DNA of 64,000 nt from Amoeboaphelidium protococcarum X5 (lineage: Eukaryota > Fungi > Aphelidiomycota). This document shows positions 24,015 to 42,697 of the stretch, piece after piece. The stretch lies in contig JALDTO010000251.1 in NCBI GenBank assembly GCA_023515725.1, positions 124,001 through 188,000 of the forward strand, read 5' to 3'. Made by a program: the position numbers and the translations under genes. The notes beneath the pieces were generated by a model that ran no database searches, had not been told where the DNA came from, and worked only from the letters and a program-made list of their open reading frames with translations. Positions within the stretch are counted from its first letter, which is position 1; every line of letters begins with the position of its first letter.

Positions 24015-27000
24015 ATGGACCTGAATAAGCTTTTCGGACCACTAGTTAACTAGGATGGAGATTAGTTGAGTGAAGAATAGATAACGAGTTTGATTAGTTC
24101 TGTGGATAGAACGCAGGTGGTCAAGAGAACTGTTATTGCGTGGCGTCTCTGTGCATATATTGACAAGAATCCTAATGCTTACTTTTCGGTTCTGAATAAG
24201 GTTCAGTCAGACTACCTGATTTAATCTACCATCTTACATTACAATGGCTAGTAGGCTACTAGTTTTGTCGAAGGCTTGGTACAGGATCTGTGTAAGGCGT
24301 GGAAAACTTTATCGTCGAGTGACGGCTGCGGTCGCAATGAGTGTCTTCAAGCGTTGTGTCTCCTGATGCCTCATTGTGCAAAATTATCATCTACAGCTGT
24401 CCGAGAATTGAATAGAATAGTCAAGCAGGTGTCATCTATCTCTCATGATTGTGAGTGGAAAGCTTAATATCTTCAGTTACTATGTTCAATCTCTAATTAA
24501 AGTGCTCTGTCCGTTAGAGTGTTTGCATCTCTAGTGGACGATGATAGTTACATAAAGTGTATCATTCGGTTATTTTAAGGTATATCTGGTATTACTCGCA
24601 GTCATATATGTTATCTGCTGAAGAATCTGCTGTCTAATAGTGGACCAAAGTTGATGTAGATGCGCCTGAACAAGATTTCATCTTTCAAGATTAATGATGA
24701 GCTTACACAATCCATGTTTAAGAGTATGTAATTGGATATGTTCTCTACTCAGTAATAGTAGTAGCTCTTAAATGGTGGTAGTAGTAGTAATAGTAAGACT
24801 ATGAAAGTTTTCCTGATGCTTGCTGCTTACTTGACTAAATTCAGTGACAATAGAGACGTAATCTTGGGAATTTTTGAGTCATTTCATATAATCTTGCGAT
24901 AGAATGGTGTAATTAGTGCTGAAAGTTGGATGTAGTATTACAAATTCTTTATGAGTATATTTATTGATTCCAGATTTGATGTTAATTGTGAATTGGCATT
25001 GATGAAGCGTGGACTATGCAGCTGGATTGTATTATAAGTGTTGATTTAGAGCTATTCTGGTAGCTATAAAAATTAGATTGTTGGCTTGATATTATAAGCT
25101 TATCTTACTCCAATCTGTCAGTAGCTGAAGTAGCCATCTGCTGAAGGTGGAAAAGTATCGTATGAAGTAGTGTCGTTGATGATATTCTGTATGGACAATC
25201 TTTCATCGTTGCTATCTTTCGGGGCATAGTTGCAGGATGGTGAGTAATTGCAGTGTCTGGCGAAAGTTTTGTTGGAGCAGAAATTAACATTTAATAGTCT
25301 AACGCGGTAGAGAAATAATTTTAGCTTGTTGGTGTCATTCGCTTGGCTTTGTAAGGCTTATGTAAAGACTTAGCCTTCTGGATGTATTAATATCTTGAAA
25401 TATCTCATTGGATTCATGGAACAAGTTGGAAGTTCAGTTACAATGGCTTCCATTGATAGTTATGTTGCATGTGCTGTTGTTGTGAGTTATGCGATAACTG
25501 ATCTTAATCCGGTACATTTTACGTTCGATTGGTTGCAGAGTTTGGTTATGATTGCATTTTAGAGTGTAAAAGTGGGCCTTAAAACTGCAGAGACTTTTCT
25601 CCTTAAAGAGACAGCTTCTAAACTGGAGGAGAAATAGAAAGCTGTGTATTTAAAGAAGGCTCGCAGTTTAACTTTTGTCGGATTTTTGCTTCTGTCTGCA
25701 TTCGTGAATTTGGATCCCGAGTTTGTGAGCTAGCATCTGCCTCAGATTTTTGTTCACCTCAAGCCTCATCTGGTGAAGATTAACAAAGATGGTCTTCCTC
25801 CCGCTTCATCTACTGACACTAATAATTTGCCACTGTCTGCAGATGGCTGGTGTTGGGCCGTTTGTTCTCGCAATGCTGCCATGTCTTTAATGTGGTGTCT
25901 TTTGAACAAATGTCAATCATTGCTGAATGAGGATTTGTACAAGAGACTTATTTCTTGGACTTAGAACACGCTTGTGACTGCTCATAATGTTCCTGCTTCT
26001 ATTGTTCAGATTCTCTAATACTCTAATTCTAGTATATAGTCTTTCAACAGCTTCAGTCGCCAATTCGTATCCACTGATAGTGCGTTGATCAAGTAGTCTG
26101 GGCCTGCGTAATTTAATCTATAGTCGCTCAATGTGGTTGAAAATCCATTTCTTATATCTCAGATGAGTGGATGCGTTGTCCAACTGAAAAAGAGAATATA
26201 TCAAGTGTATTCTGAATTGCACCAGCTTGTGTTCACTAAAGCATATGTGGCTCGAATGGATAAAGGACAGCTTTAATCTCATTAGTAGTCCATCTTTCAA
26301 ATCATGAGATCTGTCATGGAGTTTATAACCTCAGACGTGTATCTGCTGATGCCGCAAAATGCAGACTTGAACAAAGTGGTGTCATATTATTCCGATTTGC
26401 AGAAAAGAATTTGCATTCTTCATTCAACGGATGATGGTCAGGTCAAAGCTATACCGGCGTCTTCGGTGATGTGGGACACTGATGATTAATAGAGTGCGTT
26501 GAGAAGAGTAATCTCGGACAACCTGTGTCAAACGTCTTTGACATCACGCTATTCATTGGGCGGTGTCAGCGAAAATTAGTCTATTGCTACTTAACCCGTT
26601 AACAAAAGAAAGAAGAGCTTTTTAGGCGGTGTTTTTGATAGTGCCGCGTAGTAGTAGAAATATTTGTTATCCATCAATGAGGGAACAAGTCCCGCAAGCT
26701 CGTTTGGTCAATGTAATATACCTTGGTTTACGTGTGATTTATCTAACGATTTGCATGACGGACTACTGCATAGTGCTTCTAATCTTCTAATCCATAATAA
26801 GCCTCTCTTGCTCCCTCTGAATGTATCTGCGACTGATGCTGCTATAAGTGTATTTGCCACGCTATTTTTGGAGTAAGATGATTCCTATAAAGAGGTTTTG
26901 CTGGATTAAATTGTCAAGACGATAAAGATTTTCAAGTAGCACGCAGCTGTGGTTTCATCGGCTAATGCCACCCAGAATGTTCCCAAGTTTGTATCAGGTC

Positions 27001-30000
27001 TTATTTAGACTCACCTCGCAACAGTCATCATCAATTCTATAATTGCTCTTGAAAGATCGCACAACATGCACCGCGTGGAAAATGTAAACTATAGCATCAA
27101 AGCCCTTCAACTTTTGGAAGAATTGTATTTTGAATCTCTGCAATCTCCTATTGGATAAATTAAGTTGGCCAGTTGTGCTTTATTTACATCCGTTGCCAGG
27201 AATGTTGCTGTAAGTGTAAAAGATGGTGCTTATAGTAATCAGCTTTTCGATAATGTGTTGGAAAAGGCTATTTAGTCGGCTTAGAATGCGTAATTAAGAG
27301 CTGGAGCTATTTACGGGGCGTCCTGTGTTTTAATAGAGACTCAGCAGTTGAACTCTAGTGCTAGTTAATGCAGAAAATTGATTGATGTTCTGATTCAACT
27401 CTCAAAAGATCAGAATCAATTGGTGCATCAATGGAGTTTTATGTCGTTATCTAGGCTCTTTGAAGCTTGTGGAATGTAGCTGTTCTCAGTGGTTGGTCGA
27501 AAGTATTTGTGCGATATTATTGCTTAACTGTGTGTCTTTGTGTTTGATTCTCCGGTACATGTACCATGTTGGGGTAATGAGTAATAGTTTCAGTCCAATG
27601 TTAACAACATGGCCACATCTTAACTTTCTTAGTCAGATATCTGTCCATATAACTCTATTTTGCGTATCGCTCGCTTCATAATGAATGCAATCGGCCCTGA
27701 ACTGTCTAGTGGATCTGGTAAAGAGTTTGGTGTATTTTCCTATCTAATTTCTTCATTTGTAGAAGATTTGCTTATTTAAAATGGAATGACAACATGTTCT
27801 GTGTCTGAGTTGAGTTTAGTTCAGTCGATCGCTGTGCCATTTTAGATCAGGTTCAACCTGAAGTTTATTGCTCAAAATTACTCGCTGACTGACATGCAGC
27901 CTATTCTTTGCTTATTTCTATGTACTCCGAGTCCATATGAATTCACAATGGCAGAATTGCTTAATAACGTGCATGATATGCTTCTGTATAAACTCGCCTC
28001 TATTTTTGAACCAACTCAACTTATGTAGAAGCTGCAGCTCTTGCTTTGTGTCGCTCCATAGTAAGGTGAACCATATGAGATGTAGAATGCTGTAGTTAAA
28101 CTTCTTTGGTAATAGTACCTGCACCAGTCCAACGTAAGCGAATCGTTATTATTTGGCTCTAGCTTTGTAGAGATGCTACTGTATTTTGTTGATTAATTCT
28201 AATCGGTTGATCCTCCCAGTGGTTTCGCGGCTTCTTAGTCTTAAACTCTCAGTGTGTAACGATGCACTGAGATTATATAGCGCATTTGTCGTAATGATTG
28301 CGTTAATGGCAAGTATAGCACATGGCTGACATTGTTTAAAGATCTTACGACTAGAGTCCAATCGCTGCAATAGTAACATGACGATATTGAAGAGGCTACT
28401 GCTGTTAACGTTGACTCTACGCAGGAGAATCAAGCTGGTAGAGAAGATACCAGTTAAGGAAAATATGATGACATGGAAGAAGACATGGATGATTTCGACA
28501 ATGAAAAATCTGACAATAACAATGGTCAAAGGTCTGACGATAAAGCGTCTGATACTTAATCAGTGCGTGCGAGATCTCAGTCACGACGGTCCAATGTAGA
28601 TGAGGTTCCAGGAAGCCCCATGAAATTGTAAGGTGGAAGAACACTCGGCTCTTAGTTTAATGGTGGTGGTGCAGCGTAATAGTAATAACTGGCCAATGGA
28701 TTATTGTCATTTGCGATGACTAAATGGTTGTAGCAATGCTCAGTCCTTAGCGAGTTGTCTAAGTCGAAAATAGTCCATATGCTCAAGGATCTTATTGGTG
28801 GAATTCAAGATTCTCTCAGCAACAATAATAATACATCGCCTTTGCTGACTCTCCAGGTTAACTTGCCCATGGCTCGCTAACTAGTATCGAAGCTCAAAGC
28901 TGCCAATTCTGCAGATAAACTAGCCAGCATGACGCCGGTAGTTATGAGGTTGTCCGAGATGATTGCGATGTGTTTCCAGTTGCTTTCCGTTGCTACCACT
29001 ACTCAACTTCGCTCTGCCGTAGGTGATCTGCTGTGTGCTATATTTTAATTGTATGGCCCTGTAAGAGATCCCGATTTCCCAGAATCTTCGATCTTGGAGT
29101 AGTATTAGGCTCAGATCAATTCTGGTCTGGCATAGTTCATGCCTAGTAAAGAGCATGGAAGTTAGGTGGAATTGGAGACTGTTATTGCCGTTCTGAATAC
29201 TTGTTTTGCTTACTTTACATGTGGCATAGCTTCATCAGCATCATCTGTGAGTCGAATTGTTGAATTGGTAGCAGGATTGGCCGGTATGTTAAGTAAGCCT
29301 GATTGCAGTTTTAGTTTGGAATTCTACAGTCTTGCACGCCTGTAATATGTTAAATGTATATCGAATGTTTACGCTTTGGCTGATAAGAGTTCCATAGTAG
29401 TACAAGATATTCTGATGCAGCTCAGATAAGCTGATGTCTATGAATTATGGCTAACAAACTTCTTTTCCGATTACATGCTTCTCCGTCATGGATCTAACGC
29501 AATGTCTGTTGAGAGCCCAAATTCTACATCGACTTAGATTTAGGAATTGATGGCGGCTTCAATTGATTGCTATGCCAAAAATGGACTCTCCGATATCTGT
29601 TACATTGATTCAACTAGACGCGCCCTCCTTGAGGAATATATTGATGCATGGCCATAACTGTCTATTGCATGTGGTCGTTTCTTGTTGAAGAATGCTGAAA
29701 TGGCCAATAATATGACATCCCTCCGTTGTATGGTTATATTTGGTCAGTGTGTTGAAGTTTTACTCTCATACAGTAGATCATTGTGTTCCATTGAACGATG
29801 CAAATCCGCTCTAGTGCTCCTTCAGAGTCTACTGGTGTCACAATCTGCAGAAAAACTGCTGCAATGGCTAGACACTGATCTGTTTAAGGAGATGGTTGAT
29901 GCCATGTACTTCAGTCTGGATTAAGAATTATCTCCATCCAAGAAGCGTAAGGAGCCATCTGCTCAGTACATGTCACCATCACTGATCATGCTATTGGCTA

Positions 30001-30320
30001 ATTTTGTGAGATTGAAAGCTGAGTACGTTCAATCGAATAGCATTGTTTACCAGATCTTGGTATCATTTGTGTACAATACCTGGTAAACTTATATAAAGTG
30101 CGACATTGATCAAGGTGATTTGAATATGCTCAAGCCATGCCTCGACTTGCTCGATCGATTGTGTACTATATCATTGTAGCATTAGTCGCCTGGTGGTTAG
30201 TGGAAGAATGATGTCAGACTGACTGTAATTTACTTACTGACATCATGCCAAGAATATGGTCTTACCATTGACGAGTCATGCAATGCTACTTGCCTAAGAT
30301 TATTAAAGTCAATATGTTGA
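24015..30320 (+). CDS. HEATR5/Laa1 (AP-1 accessory HEAT-repeat protein), ~2100 aa
   Basis: VSATDAAISVFATLF, LVHQWSFMSL, NAIGPEL, RDPDFPESSILEQYQAQI (cf. HEATR5 PEPEFPGHVILEQYQA); fragments of the ORF track share one frame. Confidence 0.82.
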
Positions 30321-30411
30321 GTTAATAAAATCTGTTGATCTTATTTCGATTTTGACGACGCGCGTTGAACCCTTTTCCATTTTATAATTCCTTTAGATCT
30401 GATCATTATAG

Positions 30412-31659
30412 ATGTATGTAATACTTAATCTGAAGCGATATACTAGATTAAGGTAATAGCCGCAAATCTTGTAGCGAATACAAGCAAGAGGATACCAGAC
30501 TCTATTGCACAAATATTCACCTCAGTATATTAAATATTGGGATATCACGAATAGATCGCTAAAGAATCAGTACAATGTAAATGATGATCAACATCCACTC
30601 TCGGCGATGGAATAATAACTCAAGCAATTGCGAAGCTAAATGAATGATGATGGAGAAGGTACTCATCAAGAAGATTATCAAACTGTCATTAGTTAATAGA
30701 AGGAACTTGCGCGATTAGAAGATCAGATCCGCAATTATAAGAAATGGGACAACTTTCTGCAAGAGAACAATGAACTGCTAAGCATGGCGATAGCTGACAA
30801 AGATGGTGATGGTGGAAAAGATTAACATTTACTAGATGAGATATAAGAAGAACTGTTGCAAAATTTGCCAAAATTTAAATCATATGCAATGTAATAGGTA
30901 TTAAATAGACCCGAAGATTAGCTGGGATGTTTTCTAGAAATTCAAGCTGGTGCTGGCGGAACGGAGAGTTGCGATTTTGTAGAGTTTTTGTGTAGAATGT
31001 ATTAGAAATGGTCCATTCGTTCATAGATCAAGTGTCGCATTGTGGATTAGAGTAGACACGATATCGCTGGTTACAAGTCAGTTACACTCAAGTTGCTTGG
31101 GGAGTATTCGTATGGTTATCTGCGACATGAGCAGGGCGTTCATCGATTTACGCGTAATTCTCCCTATGATAGTGCCAATCGACGACATACTTCATTCGCC
31201 TCAGTCACCGTGTCTCCAATTGTCCAAGATGATGGTATTGTTATATAGGACATCAGTCCCGGAGATATAAATGTGGAAGTGTTTAGAGCATCGGGTGCCG
31301 GTGGTCAACACGTCAATAAGACAGAGTCTGCCGTGAGGATAACACATCTCTCCAGTGGCATAGTGGTCAAGAGCTCAGAGTCTAGATCCTAGATAGAGAA
31401 CCGGAAACTGGCTCTAGAGCAGTTGAAGTCGCGTCTGTATCAGTTGGAATTGGAGCAGAGAAATAAAGATCGGTCAGAGCGATTTGCTCAGGTTCGCTCA
31501 AAGAAGATTGAGTTTGGCAGTCAGATCAGAACTTATTCCATGGCTGGATTTATTGGTGCAAAAGATACACGAACTGGAGTGCTAATAAGTGACATCAACT
31601 CCGTGTTTGATGGCAACATTGATGCTTTTCTAGATGCTGCAATTGTAGATTTAAATTGA
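30412..31659 (+). CDS. prfB: Bacterial-type peptide chain release factor 2, probably mitochondrial (mtRF2)
   Basis: Arg-rich N-terminal presequence-like region; [36 protein letters not shown] (SP[F/Y] RF2 tripeptide), [25 protein letters not shown]; no +1 frameshift. Confidence 0.88.
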
Positions 31660-31712
31660 CAAATGATATTGATTATAGATTCTGATTCTGATTATCTTTA
31701 TCACGCGTTTTA

Positions 31713-34700
31713 TCAAATTGAAACCTTGATAGCCCAATCTAATCCAATTCCAACATTTGGCTTCTTGATAGTAAGACGGTACGTTCCCACGACTCCTTCA
31801 GTCTTACCAGCCACTTCATCGCCGTGCAGAGTAGACTATTAAATGTGATCAATAGTGAGAAGTAGATGGCTATCCACAACCTCAGTGTTATTACCATCAG
31901 CCGACTCTATAATCATTTTCACTTTCTATTCAGCGATAGACTTTTACAACTTCAACATAGCAGATTCAGTGTCCGCTGACAGTAATACAATTCTTTCCAC
32001 CTGAATATTATCATTAATGCTCTTCTAGTATTCAGGATCAGAGACAAAAGTCATCTAACGCTCAATATCTTTAACATTAAGAGGCTGTCCTTGATCATTC
32101 ACAGCACCATCTTCCATTAAGAACGGTCTCTGATAAGCCTTCATTCTCTTCAACGGCTTTCCATCATCGCCGCGATAAACAAAATCTCGACTCTAAATCA
32201 CCAATTGGGAGTCGGTCAATTTCGTCATTATAGTCTTGTGCACAAATTGTCCTCTGACTGCGTACAGGAAACTCTCACCATCGTCATGGTACAGCTCTCC
32301 AAGTGATACTCTCTTCTGATTCAAAGTAATAGTTACCGTATACGGATCTTTGGCCATAAGCAGAGAAGATCTTCTCACACGGTCCCTGGTTGCGATAGTA
32401 TAGCCGGCACGCATCAGCAGTGGTAGTGGCGATGATAATGGTACATTGAATTAGTGAACCCGGTTACGTGCAGAATCACCAAGCTTCGGCTAATAGGCAA
32501 TCTAGGTGTGAAAGTTGAACCATAGATTACTACCGGGCAAGTACATGCTCACTCTATCTCCTCCTTCGACCAAAGGGACATAGACAGACTTGGTCATCAG
32601 TGCTCCACCAACCATAAACTGCTACTCCATCTTGAAAGTCTCTGCGTCATCAGGAAACTCCATGAAAATAGCTCTCAATGGAGTTATACCCTCATATTGA
32701 GCATGTCTGAACAATGTATACCAGTACGGCAAAAGACGGTAACGAAGTCTAATAGCATCACGAATAATGCTGATATACGGCTCACCATACACCCACGGTT
32801 CACGGCGTTAAGTATCAATGTGTCCATGAGCACGGAAAAATGGGTAAAATATGCCAGCCTGATACCATCGAGTGATCAACTCAGCATGGACATCACCAAA
32901 GAATCCACCAACATCAGCACCACAGAAACCAATGCCACCCATACTTATGCTGAGCAACATCGGGATAGATGATTCCAGATGCTCCCACTTGGCCATATTA
33001 TCACCATTCCAAATGGCGCCATAACGCTAAGTGCCAGAGAAGAAAGCACGACTCAAGATAAACGGACGATGTGGCAACGAGCCATGCATTAGATCGGTCC
33101 TATTAGACCATTCTGATGGTGAAATGGTTCCGCTCTGGACTTGCTACTACGGCAGACTACGATACACGTGTCCAGCATACGTGGAACGATGTAAATACAA
33201 ACCGTAAATATTATGGATTTCACGGTGCTCCACGTCTTTGAAGTGCAAATTATCCTTCGGCATTGTAATCTCCGGGCCATTAAAAACAGATGGCTCATTC
33301 ATATCATTCCAGGTGAACAGATTCTCAAAGGAACCGCCATAAGAAGAGTAACTGAACAATCTGGACCATAACGATCTTGCTTCAGGATTACAAAAGTCCA
33401 CGTATGAACTTGCGCCCGGCCAACACCATCCCTCGTACTCTTACCCATCTCTATTACGCACGAATAGCCCTTTGCTAGAAAACAAATCCTTGACATGATA
33501 CCCCTCAATACGCTTGATATGCGGATCGATAATGGTGATCATTTTACGACCAAAAGAGGCAATTTTCTTCAGCATATCCAGCGGATTAGGAAACTTGTCA
33601 GTCTTCCAGGTGAAATACTGCTTCTCGTTAGTGTGCTCGATATCCAACCAGATAACGTCCATAGGAATCTAATGAGTCTCAAAATTGTCGTTAACACCAA
33701 GCACATCCTGCTCATCATTATAATTCCATCTACACTAATGATAGGCTAAGCTGAACAGTGGCGGCATGACTTGAGTTCCAGTAAGCGCGGCATACTATAT
33801 TTGAACATTACGAGGAGACGGTCCAAGCAGTAAAAAGAAATCAAACACTCCACTCTCCGATATCCAATGCGCCATGGTATCCACTTCGCTACCAGATTCA
33901 GAACCCACATCGGATTCGCCAGAGTAAAGATCCTGTACAGTCAGCTTGGAGCCAGATCGAACCATTTTCTTCACATCTACCCAAGTCTCGGCAGAATTCA
34001 GCCAAAAGAATCCCACAGTGTTGTGTGAAGTCTTGGTCTTCTTATGAGCATAGAGTAGAGGTACTGATCCATACAAAGCCATCGGAGAGTCGAGATTAAA
34101 TTCGAACACGTCCAAATTATAAAGTCTATATGGCTCTCTATACGACTACTCAGTCTACCCATGAGTATCCTTCAGAGACAGATTAGTCGCATGCTCAGGC
34201 AGACCATAGACATTATTAGCTCCAGGGAAGGTGACATCCAAGGCAATCGATGAAGGACCGTACTTTTTAGTATCTTGATGCTCCTTAAAATACTCTTCAT
34301 ACTCGTTTTGATGCAGTAAATCTTCCTATGGCGGAGTCACATAATCCTCCGGCTTCAAACGAGTCTCTTCAATGTTCATGTAGCCAAACTTGTTAATCAC
34401 CGCAACTAGATTATCCTCCACGTAATAGTCAACACGGAACGGCTTGAACTAGATGAAAGCTTTCAATTGATTACGCTGCCCAAAAGTGAACTACAAACCG
34501 CCATCCATCTCCTTCTTATCATACGAGGAAGCTTTCAAACTCTCTTCAATAATAACATCCGGAACTTTATAACGCTCTCTCACCCCACCCTTCTCATCCA
34601 TACGCATACGTACAACATTACCATCTTACAGAAACTGCAGGGTGAACATTAGTTTAACATGAGGCTGCACAGATGTCTTTATAATCTCGCCCATCACCTG

Positions 34701-34919
34701 GTCTTGAGAGAACTACACACTCTGAGGCACCACTTCATACGGACTCGCAGACTACTTCTACTCCACGTCAACAGCATAGGCCCTGTTACGAGTACAGAAC
34801 CCACTCTGACTACACTTTTTAAAATCGTGCTCCTTCACTGCAAATACTTGATAAAGAGGTGAGATTATTACCAAAATAGTTGCCAGCCAAAGACCACTAC
34901 TATAGTAAGGGTATCTCAT
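31713..34919 (-). CDS. ROT2: Glucosidase II alpha subunit (GH31)
   Basis: Signal peptide then [20 protein letters not shown]; [49 protein letters not shown]. Confidence 0.95.
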
Positions 34920-35383
34920 TTCTGACGCAACTAGCTAATCTTTGTTAGAGAATCTCTCTATCTCACACAAAGAAGATAACGAAAGAGCAGGAAGAGAGAA
35001 CGCGCAGAGTCGACGTGTTCTGACGATAAAACAAGAACTCTCGAGTGGCTTCAGCACTTTAAAATGCCAACATCAATGAAGAAGGAGATATTCAATGTGA
35101 GATGGACAGTAGCTACCAAAGTACCGATTAAGTTTAGTTACTGTGTGACATGCTCATAATTAGATTAATAATTGATTAAGCGCCTATTATCGATATTATT
35201 CAGTTTTTACGCGCTGAGGTAATATCTTGACTTTATATGAAATGATCAAAAAAAGTTTGGGTCATTTTAGTTTAATGATGGTCGTTCAGGAGAACTGTAA
35301 AGTTCTGTTCCAACAGAAGTTGTGTTAAGAAGACGCCTTTAATAAAACGCATTCTAAAGTTTTGTTTCACTACGGATTTCACA

Positions 35384-35389
35384 ACGCGT
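35384..35389. promoter_or_regulatory. ACGCGT (MCB-like) element upstream of thymidylate synthase
   Basis: Perfect ACGCGT ~85 bp before the ATG. CGCG motifs are common in most intergenic regions here, so specificity is uncertain. Confidence 0.35.
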
Positions 35390-35473
35390 TATTCGTCGTT
35401 ACTCTCCATTTTCTTTCAATCTTATTATACCAACATTGCATTTTTAGAATATCAATCCTTCTACCCACCAAAG

Positions 35474-36445
<972 letters not shown>

Positions 36446-36992
36446 GAAATTTTTTAGGATGAATATGAAAGTGATAACTATTTGCAGTCTGACTGATGAA
36501 GTTACGCGTGATATGTGTTGTTGTCGAAATTGTTCGTTAAGCTTAGTTTTTCAATATTATATACCAAATTTAACTTTACTATATCATTTCTTGCTTTATT
36601 TACTTACATGTATAATCAATTGTAACTGGAAAGTTTTGTAAATGAACACCTCACCTCAAATCACCACCTCCACACTGTAAGAGCATTATGTTGTACAAAA
36701 ACATGAGAGAGGATGAGAATTTGGAGCATACAGTAGTCTACCAGAAAAATTGTTTGAGAAATCTAAATGTGATTAATAGCTAATTCAAGTTAAAACATCA
36801 AAGATTATAGCCAGTAGTACCTCATGACAAGGTATCCGTTGTTACCATAAAAGCTTCTGTGGCTTTGTTTGATTTCTGACTTTCCTTTGGCCCTTTTTAT
36901 TTCTCTGAGCGACTGAAACAACAACAACTATCCTTCATCATTTACCTGTTGTGTTCAAGTCAATTAATTGTACAATTTTGATATAATCAGTC

Positions 36993-40844
<3,852 letters not shown>

Positions 40845-41069
40845 ATAGATGAGAGATTGAATGTGATTATATAAAAGTTTACTTTCGTTTGTATTACATT
40901 GGTCTTCTTTTATCTAAGTTTGTAAATGGCTTTAACACCATCACATTGTGTATCAGATGTGTATTGATTGAATGAGATTCTCTCCGGACTTGATCTGTTT
41001 CGTTTCGATAATCGTCTTGTTTCCGCTGCGATAATTTAGAAAATCTCCGTGAAGTAAATAGCTAATATC

Positions 41070-41479
41070 ATGTCTCAAGTTACTGTATACTACAGCTCAG
41101 TGAGTGGAAATATGTCGGTAAATATTTATTACTTTCGCTGTTTATCGCAATAGTTAAAATATAAGTATTGTGTAGATTAAAAAGAACTAACAGGCGGTAC
41201 TTAATGTCCTTGATGGCAAGAAAGTTCCATATAAGGTATCACTTCCCTTATTTAACATTAGTTAATGTCTGATCACAACTATTTCTCGTAAAATAATTGT
41301 AGTTGGTCGATGTTGCTGCAGATGAAAAGGCTAGAGTGGAGATGAAGTAGAAGAGCGGTAAGGCCACCCTGCCACAAGTGTTTGTCGATGGCCAGTTCAA
41401 GGGCGGATTTGAAGAATTCGAATTGGCCACTGAGGATGGAAAACTCAATGAATTCTTTGGACAATCTGGAGTATTTTGA
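41070..41479 (+). CDS. SH3BGR-like glutaredoxin-fold protein; introns 41118-41175 and 41236-41302
   Basis: Spliced product MSQVTVYYSSVSGNMS-IKKNQQAVLNVLDGKKVPYK-LVDVAADEKARVEM...LPQVFVDGQFKGGFEEF..ATEDGKLNEFF; GT..AG introns. Confidence 0.88.
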
Positions 41480-41601
41480 ACAGTGTTGTTCTATTGATTA
41501 TGAGATTATGATAAAATTATAATAATAAATCGATTATAAAATCCTTCATGACAACTTAGTAGCATATAATCAAACTGATATATCACTGGACATAATAATA
41601 T

Positions 41602-42437
41602 TCAACTATTATTTCCAACGTGACCAACAATGGTTAAATCTCTCATCTGCTGCAGTGCAGACTCCACGCTACTTATCGGTCCTCCATACTGATGAGCCAC
41701 CTCCTCCAGATTGGACATTTTCTCATGAGCATCTTTCACAAAGTTGAGCTAACACTTGACCAGGGCCTCCAATGATGGATCCAAATACGGAACTCGAATA
41801 TCGATTAGCTTGGGTAAATCTTCAATCAGCTGCTTATTAAGCTGCTCATAGATTTCTCTACATTCAGCCAGCTTACGTTCAGCAGACGGCAACTTATCCG
41901 GATCATCATGCGGCTTCTCCACCAACCGCTTCACTTTGGCACGTTAAGAGTCATAGTCTAGTAGCTTCTTTTATCGCTTCCTAATAGCTTCATTAACCTC
42001 TGGGAAGTAGGCATTGAATTTGCCCAGTGGTTCCAACACGGTAGTTCTATAATCCTTGTCCAAAGCAGTTCTAACATCTTCATCCAGAGCGCTGGCAACC
42101 TCTTTGTACTTGAGGCCAACTTCGGCGAGTTGACTATTCTCATCATAAAACTGATTTATAGTGTCCGCCATTCTTTACTACGCCAATGTCATTGCTCTCA
42201 CAGCATCCAGGTACCCTTTAGCCTCCTTATTCAACTGTACAATCTTCTATTCCAGAATTTTGAACCTCCTCTCCTCATCATCAAAGTCTCTATCCACAGT
42301 CTTTTCCACAACACCAGTCTTTTACATGATCTACCCACATTCATACTATGTATCAATCATTTATACAGAGTCTAAAAAATTGAACTTACAGAAGTAGACG
42401 CTCTATCAAACGCTTTCTATATACCCTTGAAGCTCAT
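41602..42437 (-). CDS. RVS161: N-BAR amphiphysin-like protein Rvs161/Hob3; intron 42331-42389
   Basis: MSFKGIQKAFDRAS, EKTVDRDFDDEERRF, YRTTVLEP, KKLLDYD, LIDIRVPYLDPSLEALVK. Confidence 0.92.
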
Positions 42438-42697
42438 AATTATTACGTGTATACAATTACTATGTAATTTTTTTAGTTAATGAATTAGTGTGATATAATG
42501 ATACTTTATGATTGTTATATCAAGCAGGAAAGGGAAGGAAGAAAGGAACGATGGGGACTGAGAGGGGCCGATCACGCTCGTGTTGGATTCATTGCACTGT
42601 CATTTGTCTGGTGATGGAGATGATAACATAATTTGGAAATGGTTTCGCAATGTGAAAAACTTAATTAAGAAACTTTCAAAAAAACGAATATCCATTA

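Noticed and set aside
30412-31659. Bacterial contamination or programmed +1 frameshift in RF2
   Set aside because: The gene uses TAR=Gln like its neighbours, has an N-terminal extension, and is continuous with no CTT-TGA shift site.
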